From Spirochaetia bacterium (GTDB lineage Bacteria > Spirochaetota > Spirochaetia > DSM-27196 > Salinispiraceae): a stretch of 64,000 bases of DNA. A program made the position numbers and the translations under genes. Under the pieces are notes generated by a model. That model worked only from the letters and a program-made list of their open reading frames with translations, made no database searches and was not told where the DNA came from. The stretch is taken from contig JBBRCZ010000001.1 in NCBI GenBank assembly GCA_038204425.1, positions 64,001 through 128,000 on the forward strand. Direction: 5' to 3'. Positions 56,966-64,000 of the stretch are shown one piece after another. The stretch's first letter is position 1. The number at the start of each line of letters is the position of its first letter.

Positions 56966-58732
56966 TTATATAAGGCCTTCGTAAACAATTTTTTCTACGG
57001 CATCTAGGGAGACGTACTGACCATGCTCAAACTGGGTCATAGCATTTTCTATATCCGCAACAATTACGATATTGGGGTTGCCTTTTACGATTTGCTCTGG
57101 ATTTACGGCGCTACGGCTTTCTAAAATACATCCTCTAATTTTGGATAGCAGTGGTAAATACTCTTCCGTAATCGTTGGTATTAAAAGTATTTCTGGTTTG
57201 CCCACACTCATCAAATGGACTGCTTCTTCGTAGCTGTGCGCCTTGGTAATTTTACCCGAGCACTGTTTTCCGATTCCTCTGCTACCACGATTGAGAATAT
57301 TACCTAAAAAATGTACCTTTATAGTGTTGATCATTATTGGGCTATTGAGAGGAATACCAGCAATGGTTACTACTTTGTCAAGTTTTTGTACCAATTGAAG
57401 TTGTACGGCTTGTTTAATGGCATTCTGAATCATTAGTTCGCCATCGTTAACAAATTCTGTAATGATAGGGAAGACACCCCAACTCAAGAGCAGTTGCCGA
57501 TAGACAGTTTGACTGGTGGTTGCCGCAATCACGCTATACTCAGGCCTAAAGCTAGAAATTAGACGTGGTGTGTTACCTCTTAATGTTGGTGCTATCATTG
57601 CACTAGCGCCAATATCCGTTGCCAAGAGATGGGCTGAGCGACTCACCGCTTGGCCAATTTCTGCAGCATTGGAGTGCATAAAGAAATATTCTTTACAACG
57701 CTTTTGGTATTCAGGGCTAGACTCAATAGTCATGGCAACATTGTTCATCGTTTCTACAGCTCGGATTGGGTATTTACCATTTGCCGTTTCACCAGAAAGC
57801 ATCACCGCATCGGTTCCATCAAAAATTGCGTTGGCAATATCATTGGTTTCGGCTCGTGTTGGTTGAGGATTGGTGATCATGCTTTCCAACATTTGCGTGG
57901 CTGTAATCACCGGCCTAAAGGCGTTGTTGCACTTGTTGATAATTCTTTTTTGCGCCAGTGGAATTGCTTCAGGTGGTAGTTGGACGCCCAGATCACCACG
58001 AGCCACCATGATTCCGTGTGAAATCCTGATAATCTCGTCAATATTGTCTAGTCCTTCTTGATCTTCAATCTTGGCTATTACCTTGATGGCAGATTGATGT
58101 TTGCTTAGTAGCGCTTGAATCTCCATCACATCAGTGTGCTTGCGAACAAAGCTAGCGGCAATAAAATCCATATTGTGCTTAATGCCAAACATAATGTCTT
58201 CGACGTCTTTTTCGGTAATAGCAGGAAGTTTGGTCTTAATTCCGGGAACGTTAACATTTTTGCGGCTGCCCAAGACACCACCTGCGCGAATTACGCATTT
58301 GATATCATTGCCTTGAGTTGATAGTACTTCTAAATCCACTAGGCCATCGGCGATAAGAATGTGGGTACCGGCTTTGACTTCTTGAGGCAAGAGCTTGTAG
58401 CTGATACTTACGCGGTCTTCAGTGCCTTCAATTTCGTCAGATGTAAGGGTGATGTTGTTGCCACTGACAAGGTTGATCTTTTGGTCGTCTCGATTGAGAC
58501 CTGTTCTTATTTCCGGACCCTTGGTATCCAAAAGCAGGGCAACTGGGATACCGGTTTCTTGACTTGCTTGGCGCAACATGGTGATTCTGCGCAGGTGATC
58601 GTCATGCACGCCGTGGGAAAAATTGAAGCGCGCGATATTCATACCAGCATGTAGTAGGTCCTTTAGTTTCTCGATGTCGTCAACAGCGGGACCCAAAGTG
58701 CAGATAATCTTAGTTTTGCGGAGTTTTTTCAT
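56966..58732 (-). CDS. pyk: Pyruvate kinase with C-terminal extension
   Basis: KTKIICTLGP, ARFNFSHG, DTKGPEIR, AKIE, VARGDLGV, ATQMLESM, MLSGETA; PEP-utiliser-like tail. Confidence 0.97.
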   Translation of the reverse strand: MKKLRKTKIICTLGPAVDDIEKLKDLLHAGMNIARFNFSHGVHDDHLRRITMLRQASQETGIPVALLLDTKGPEIRTGLNRDDQKINLVSGNNITLTSDEIEGTEDRVSISYKLLPQEVKAGTHILIADGLVDLEVLSTQGNDIKCVIRAGGVLGSRKNVNVPGIKTKLPAITEKDVEDIMFGIKHNMDFIAASFVRKHTDVMEIQALLSKHQSAIKVIAKIEDQEGLDNIDEIIRISHGIMVARGDLGVQLPPEAIPLAQKRIINKCNNAFRPVITATQMLESMITNPQPTRAETNDIANAIFDGTDAVMLSGETANGKYPIRAVETMNNVAMTIESSPEYQKRCKEYFFMHSNAAEIGQAVSRSAHLLATDIGASAMIAPTLRGNTPRLISSFRPEYSVIAATTSQTVYRQLLLSWGVFPIITEFVNDGELMIQNAIKQAVQLQLVQKLDKVVTIAGIPLNSPIMINTIKVHFLGNILNRGSRGIGKQCSGKITKAHSYEEAVHLMSVGKPEILLIPTITEEYLPLLSKIRGCILESRSAVNPEQIVKGNPNIVIVADIENAMTQFEHGQYVSLDAVEKIVYEGLI

Positions 58733-58747
58733 GATCTCCACTATAGA

Positions 58748-59200
58748 CTATTCGTTGTCTTGTTTGAAGAGGAAATTATATTCATCTTTAGATATGATGT
58801 CCTGTTCTTCCTGTTTTATGTCGAGCTGTTGGTCCAAAATGTCATGAATAAGCGAAATATCCGATTGGTGGCTTGATCGACACTGAGAGAGTTGATTTTG
58901 AAATGGGTTTAAGTGTAGCGCAAAGCCCTCATCATGAAGTTCTACACTGTCTAAAAAGCCAATGAAGTCTTTTTTGGTGAGCAGTAGAATTCTTAGACAG
59001 GGTAGGCGATTGATAAAAAAGGTATTCTTAATCAATTGCAGGTTGATCCTAGTCAACATATCATGAACAAAAAGTATGTCTTCAACATACCTGTGCAAAA
59101 AAAGATCTGGGTCGAGCTCCAGTTGCAAGCCGTCTTGCAAATGACGCAGTCGTGCGCTTACAAAAAACAAATTGTCTTCAAAGTTGCTCGGATTCGACAT
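58748..59200 (-). CDS. Conserved hypothetical helical protein
   Basis: 150-aa ORF with a GAGGAG RBS, directly upstream of pyk. Confidence 0.75.
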   Translation of the reverse strand: MSNPSNFEDNLFFVSARLRHLQDGLQLELDPDLFLHRYVEDILFVHDMLTRINLQLIKNTFFINRLPCLRILLLTKKDFIGFLDSVELHDEGFALHLNPFQNQLSQCRSSHQSDISLIHDILDQQLDIKQEEQDIISKDEYNFLFKQDNE

Positions 59201-59292
59201 ATTTGTATCTCCTCATGACAATCCTTTAAATCTTCGGCTAGTGGGCGGGCTTTCTTGATCGAGCGATCCATCGTGCGAATGAGTCTACGGCA

Positions 59293-60414
59293 CTATTCGA
59301 TACGATTTTTGCGCAAAAGTTCAAGACTATTTACTTTTGCGATTTCAACTATGACACCTGCAAGCAAATATTCTGACTTAGTTAGTGCGCTTACGATTGA
59401 CTCTTGCCTGCTTTCAGGAACGACCATACTGGTAAACTCTTTGGTGATTTCTCCCCCAATGCTTGGATCTGCAGAAAGGTTTTGGTAGCCACAACGAAAA
59501 GTACTTGCGCCAGGTGCGCCGTTCTGCATAGCAACTTGGCTCAAAGCACCTGAACTGCCTTCATCACAAATAAAACTCAGGCAAATCTGTGTTTCCGTTT
59601 TGATTCTCTTGGACTGCCTTCGGTAGTCCCGGGTTCTCCATAGAGTACTACCTTTTAGTGAATCCATGGCATTGATGACTTGTTCCATACTTGCCGCATG
59701 CTCATGCTGACCAATTCTAATTAGGCTATCTGGGACACATTTATTTAGTGGTAATTGATATATAATGCCTTGGTTGGCTCTATCAAAGCCGCATTCTTCT
59801 ACAATAGTTTTAGTAATAGCTTGTGCATCGTGAGTAGGAACGATGAATTTCACCATTTCTTTTTCTGCTGGGATGGTGATTCTCAATAGTCCCAACTGGT
59901 CACGTTTGCCGTTACCCATTCCGTAGTAGCTTAATGGAGCACAGACACCAAGGCCAAGTATGATTCGGTTTAAGACATCCGCTTTGCCTCGAGGCACGAT
60001 GCCTATCAACTCAGAAAAACCCACTAAGAGCGCATCCTTGCTTGATGCTTTCTGATTGACAGAAAGCATCTGATTGTTCCTGTCCAAGGAGAAAGCACTG
60101 AGGACATCAACAAAGCTTGATTTCAGTGTCCCTCGACCTGATTTCTCAAGGCCTAGTTCAGATAAGATTTTTTGCTCGATTGCCGATGCTCGCTCAGAAT
60201 TTGTGTAGAACCAAAATGAGCTAGCAACTTCATCATAAAGCGACCATGGTTGCTTCCAAGGAGCATACCAGCGGCTATGAAAGCGCAAGCGACTTGTCCG
60301 AGCACTATGATAGAAGTAGTGTTCTATCCCAAAATCTTTGAGCACTTCTATAAGCTTGGGTTCTAGACCTTTACTTAGGTCAACAGATAATTTTTTCAGA
60401 TTAGCTGCAATCAT
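59293..60414 (-). CDS. PII-like protein with about three tandem PII-fold repeats
   Basis: IGIVPRGKAD...GMGNG...EKEMV...GIIYQLP is PII-like; two further degenerate repeats; ATGA-coupled to the DUF1538 gene. Confidence 0.7.
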   Translation of the reverse strand: MIAANLKKLSVDLSKGLEPKLIEVLKDFGIEHYFYHSARTSRLRFHSRWYAPWKQPWSLYDEVASSFWFYTNSERASAIEQKILSELGLEKSGRGTLKSSFVDVLSAFSLDRNNQMLSVNQKASSKDALLVGFSELIGIVPRGKADVLNRIILGLGVCAPLSYYGMGNGKRDQLGLLRITIPAEKEMVKFIVPTHDAQAITKTIVEECGFDRANQGIIYQLPLNKCVPDSLIRIGQHEHAASMEQVINAMDSLKGSTLWRTRDYRRQSKRIKTETQICLSFICDEGSSGALSQVAMQNGAPGASTFRCGYQNLSADPSIGGEITKEFTSMVVPESRQESIVSALTKSEYLLAGVIVEIAKVNSLELLRKNRIE

Positions 60415-62222
60415 AGTTTGTTCCTCACTAGTGACCTAGCTATTAAACCTTGGACAAGCACCAAAAGAATAGGCATAGATGAGGCAAGTGAAAGCATTCC
60501 AAATCCTTCTACTATATCGTTTTGAGTCCCGAGTCCCAAGCCCAAGGCAATCACAAGTGGAACCGTGATTGGACCAGTCGTAACACCAGCACAGTCCCAT
60601 GCAATATCCACAAAATCGTTGTGAGAAAAGGCTCCAAGTATCATTATGCCGGCATAAACCAAGGTAATGGTTACAACAAAATCAAACTGGTATAGGTTTT
60701 GTAGTAGTCCAAGCACCAGACCTAGGCCAACCCCAACTGCGACGTTTCTTTCTAAAAGTTTAGATTTGAGCGTCCCGGCAGTCAGGTCCTCAATTTTCTT
60801 ACCCATGGTTATTAAGGCCGGTTCTGCGCGTGTGGCCCCGTATCCAAGAAAAAAGACGAATAACGCAAGAGCTAGGCCACTCCAAGGTTGAGCAAGTAGA
60901 GGACCAATTTGAGGTACGTAGGTATAACTTTTGTTACTTGCATTATAGGAAGCTGGATCAAACCAAATTCTCTGCGGGCCCAAATCTTTCTCCAATAAGA
61001 AAAAAGACTTAATGGTGCCTTTGCTGTCAATTGAATGTTGAACTATTGTATGATCAAAATTCTTTACTTCGATACTGTTTTCTTCTATGCTGACACTTTG
61101 CCAGGTAACCGGCAAGGACTTGCCAACCTGCGTACCTAGACTCGAAAGTCCAAACTGAATGCCAATACTGAGTAGAAACATGCCAATTATTGCGATAAAG
61201 ATCCCAAAAAATACTTCGTCACGACGTTTTATTTTTTCTCGGATAAGAAATTTTAGAGCAAAAAGTAGCAGCAAGCAAAGTGGCAAAACGGCCTGAATCG
61301 CCGTAGTCAATAACGATAAAGTTTTTTCTAATGTAGTACCAAAGTCGCTACTGAGTCTGGAGGCAGATTCAAGAGAACTTGTTGTAAAAAACTCGCTTAG
61401 TGCTGGAACCAATCCAAGTTTACTGTGGCCAGGATCAATAGAAGAAAGCACAAAACCGGCAACAAGCACAAAACCAATCGGAAATAACGAAGCCAGAGTT
61501 ACAATGCCAAAACCTTGATTGTGTTCCTTGCCAACCATGCGGGATACACCAATTCCAAGCGCTAAGACCAGTGGGACCGTAACCGGGCCAGTGGTAACGC
61601 CGCCAGAATCCCAGGCCAAACCAATTAAGTGTTGTACTTGCGGATGAAGTTTTGCAGCAATTGTTAAAGAAATCAGGATTGGCATTACTAGGTAAAGAAT
61701 AGATCTGAGTTTCCAAGAACGGTAAAATCTTAGCAGTGCAACTACTACTGCAGCACCAACGCCCAGGGCAATGGAAAATACCAGAATCCAAGCATCTTGG
61801 TTAAGCAGGCGATACAAAAGCGGCGCGCGTTCGTAAGCAACTGTTGAGCCAGCGAGTTTTAGTGCGGCAATCGATGGTTCTGCAAAAGTGGCAACGATTC
61901 CTATGACTAGTGCCAAAATCAAGACAGTGCTCAAAGAGCGTTTGCGCGGCAGCCTAAGGCCAATCGTCTCACCCAAAGGCATTAGACCAAGGTTTAAACC
62001 CTCGAGAAAAAATGCTAAGCCAAGAATCAATAAAAGTGAGCTTACTACTATTGAAAAATTTTGCGAGAGTGGCATGCCGAGAACTAAGGTCTGAAAGATC
62101 ATTAAGTACGCGATCATAGCAACAACTGCAGGTGCCTGCTTGCTGATTCTATTTGACGCGTATAGAAAACAAAGGTTGAGTGCTTCTTTAAAGCTAATGG
62201 TATTGCGGGCTGCCAGTTTCAT
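60411..62222 (-). CDS. Double DUF1538 membrane protein
   Basis: Two copies of AEP and D(S/C)xGVTTGP(V/I)TVPLV.ALG.G; many TM helices. Confidence 0.88.
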   Translation of the reverse strand: MKLAARNTISFKEALNLCFLYASNRISKQAPAVVAMIAYLMIFQTLVLGMPLSQNFSIVVSSLLLILGLAFFLEGLNLGLMPLGETIGLRLPRKRSLSTVLILALVIGIVATFAEPSIAALKLAGSTVAYERAPLLYRLLNQDAWILVFSIALGVGAAVVVALLRFYRSWKLRSILYLVMPILISLTIAAKLHPQVQHLIGLAWDSGGVTTGPVTVPLVLALGIGVSRMVGKEHNQGFGIVTLASLFPIGFVLVAGFVLSSIDPGHSKLGLVPALSEFFTTSSLESASRLSSDFGTTLEKTLSLLTTAIQAVLPLCLLLLFALKFLIREKIKRRDEVFFGIFIAIIGMFLLSIGIQFGLSSLGTQVGKSLPVTWQSVSIEENSIEVKNFDHTIVQHSIDSKGTIKSFFLLEKDLGPQRIWFDPASYNASNKSYTYVPQIGPLLAQPWSGLALALFVFFLGYGATRAEPALITMGKKIEDLTAGTLKSKLLERNVAVGVGLGLVLGLLQNLYQFDFVVTITLVYAGIMILGAFSHNDFVDIAWDCAGVTTGPITVPLVIALGLGLGTQNDIVEGFGMLSLASSMPILLVLVQGLIARSLVRNKL

Positions 62223-62344
62223 AGATTGCTAAGGTTACCGGAAAAGCGCAAACTAGTTAAGCTCAAAAGTCGTATTGACCAAGCAGTGCCTATCGTGTTA
62301 CATTCTCACGCTATCTATTTAGTACAGAAGAAGTTTCAACGAAA

Positions 62345-62438
62345 CTTCCTTCTTGCCCCGACTGTGGTGGTCGGGGACGCCGCAGATACTACAATCTGCG
62401 CCACCTTTATTTGAAGGTGAAGTCCATAAGGAGGAACC
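62345..62438 (+). ncRNA. Putative S6:S18 ribosomal protein leader (cis-regulatory RNA)
   Basis: CTTCCTT pairs with the SD AAGGAGG; unpaired CCA just 5' of the SD; three internal hairpins. Confidence 0.6.
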
Positions 62439-62720
62439 ATGAATTCCTATGAAGCATGTTGCGTATTCCGTGTCGAAGACGATAAGTTCGCCGTCGGTCG
62501 GGATACGGTCCGTGCGGCACTACAAACCCTCGGCTTTGAGGGTCTCAAAGAAGAAGATATGCAGGTCAAGAGTCTAGCATATCCCATCAAGAAGTTCTAT
62601 CAAGGACACTACTACCTATTTGATTTTCAAATGGACCCAGCAAAGGCCCATGAGATTGAAAAAGAAGTACGTTTGATTCCAGAGCTTCTACGCATACTTG
62701 TCACAAGAAAAGACGACTAA
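62439..62720 (+). CDS. rpsF: 30S ribosomal protein S6
   Basis: MNSYE...LAYPIKK..QGHY...LR; first gene of rpsF-ssb-rpsR. Confidence 0.93.
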   Translation: MNSYEACCVFRVEDDKFAVGRDTVRAALQTLGFEGLKEEDMQVKSLAYPIKKFYQGHYYLFDFQMDPAKAHEIEKEVRLIPELLRILVTRKDD

Positions 62721-62738
62721 GTAGAAAAGGACGCGACT

Positions 62739-63200
62739 ATGGCACTAATAAATTCCGTAGTATTGGTAGGCAATCTGACACGTGATGCAGAAATTAGATT
62801 TACACCAGGTGGTGCCGCAGCTATTAGATTTTCTATTGCACAGAATAGACGAAAAAAAGTTGGCGAGACCTGGCAAGATGAAGCTATGTTTTTTGATGTA
62901 AATATGATGGGTAAATCTGCGGAAAGTGTTCATCCTTTCTTAAAAAAAGGTAAGCAAGTAGCCGTGCAAGGTGAGCTTCGCCAAGACAGATGGGAACAAG
63001 ATGGCCAATCGCGTAGCAAAGTTTTTGTTTTCGCATTTTCACTGCAGCTACTGGGCGGTGGGGCCGGTCAAGGATCAGGCTCGACTAATTCAGGAAGTAC
63101 TTGGCAAAGCGATGCGCCTGCACCAAGTTCGCGACAAGACGCAAGTTATGAATCTTATCCCGAAAGCAGCGGACAGTTTGAAGACGATATTCCCTTTTAA
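62739..63200 (+). CDS. ssb: Single-stranded DNA-binding protein
   Basis: NSVVLVGNLTRD, KGKQVAVQGEL, C-terminal DDIPF. Confidence 0.97.
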   Translation: MALINSVVLVGNLTRDAEIRFTPGGAAAIRFSIAQNRRKKVGETWQDEAMFFDVNMMGKSAESVHPFLKKGKQVAVQGELRQDRWEQDGQSRSKVFVFAFSLQLLGGGAGQGSGSTNSGSTWQSDAPAPSSRQDASYESYPESSGQFEDDIPF

Positions 63201-63204
63201 TTAA

Positions 63205-63507
63205 TTGGAGGAAAAAAATATGGATGACATGAATCCCCGCGATAAACAAGATGGTTCGGATTCCGGCGACCGTAAAGGTGGCTTTAAAGGTAAGGGCGGA
63301 AAAGTCTACTTTAAGAAAAAGATCGATAAGATTAAGGCTCACAATCTAGTAATAGACTACAAGCACCCCGAAGTTTTGCGACGATTTGTAACCGAAAAGG
63401 GCAAGATATTGCCACGTCGCATTACTGGAACAAGTGCCAAGAATCAGCGCCGTTTGATCACTGAGATCAAGAAAGCTCGCTTTCTGGCACTCTTGCCTAT
63501 GGGTTGA
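63205..63507 (+). CDS. rpsR: 30S ribosomal protein S18
   Basis: IDYK...[15 protein letters not shown]...QR...[11 protein letters not shown]; start may be ATG 63220. Confidence 0.96.
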   Translation: MEEKNMDDMNPRDKQDGSDSGDRKGGFKGKGGKVYFKKKIDKIKAHNLVIDYKHPEVLRRFVTEKGKILPRRITGTSAKNQRRLITEIKKARFLALLPMG

Positions 63508-63585
63508 TGTTGGCTTTGCTGCTCGGACGTTAAGGTTCAAGCCAGCAAGACTAATGTCGATCAACGTTAAAGGAGAATTGAAACA

Positions 63586-64000
63586 ATGAAAGTTATTCTA
63601 AATACCGATATGCCCAATCTTGGAGAAGAAGGTGATATCGCAGAAGTTGCTCCCGGTTATGCGCGCAACTTTCTATTGCCTAAGAAGTTTGCTTCGCTTT
63701 TTACACCGCATGCTCTTGCGGTCTTAGATTCTCGAAAAGCTGCCATTGAAAAGCGCAAGGAAGAGAAGAAGAAGGCTGCCCAAGGCGACAAAGACAAAAT
63801 TGTCAACAACGTAATTGTTATTACTATGCCAGCCGGTGAGGGTGGTAAACTTTTTGGTTCGGTAACTAGTGCCAATTTGGTTGAAGAATTAGCTAAGCTT
63901 GGCATAGTGGTCGAGAAAAAGAGGATTGACATTCCAGGTCAAGTTCTCAAGCATACAGGCGACTTTAAAGTTCAAGTGAAGCTGTACGGAAATGAAACTG
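63586..64000 (+). CDS. rplI: 50S ribosomal protein L9 (partial, runs off the window)
   Basis: MKVILNTDMPNLGEEGDIAEVAPGYARNFLLPK...GKLFGSVT; AAGGAG RBS; not in the ORF track. Confidence 0.95.
   Translation, partial: MKVILNTDMPNLGEEGDIAEVAPGYARNFLLPKKFASLFTPHALAVLDSRKAAIEKRKEEKKKAAQGDKDKIVNNVIVITMPAGEGGKLFGSVTSANLVEELAKLGIVVEKKRIDIPGQVLKHTGDFKVQVKLYGNET

Noticed and set aside
1..64000. CRISPR arrays, transposases, integrases, prophage or defence genes
   Set aside because: No spaced direct repeats or such protein motifs seen; both tRNAs are flanked by ordinary genes.

Overview
A gene-dense chromosomal segment with a spirochaete-type gene set (P83/100-family protein, fused PyrBI, second EF-G, Treponema-like cNMP/Crp proteins); the Spirochaetota assignment is inferred from gene content. 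It is mostly housekeeping: a tetrapyrrole cluster (hemA, hemC-cobA-hemD fusion, hemB, hemL), nadA, a GAF-GGDEF diguanylate cyclase, membrane pyrophosphatase, mfd-trmB-gltA, Na/Pi transporter, apt, RNA-modifying enzymes, rex, PBP1A, LysM-M23 peptidase, leuA, valS, metY, clpB, a NifA-like activator, pyk, a DUF1538/PII-like pair, rpsF-ssb-rpsR-rplI, tRNA-Asn and tRNA-Val. I saw no mobile elements or CRISPR arrays. The most notable signals are: (1) a candidate ~90-nt sigma-28-driven sRNA with a C-rich anti-SD loop between the M23 peptidase and PBP1A genes; (2) a Leu-rich leader peptide with terminator/antiterminator upstream of leuA, missed by the ORF track; (3) a tandem pair of membrane class III cyclases that both lack catalytic residues; (4) a HemC lacking its cofactor-binding third domain, fused to CobA-HemD, next to a minimal HemA; (5) a possible single-chain triple-PII protein coupled to a double DUF1538 membrane protein; (6) several putative operators and leaderless promoters. 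All calls come from reading motifs by eye; no searches were run.
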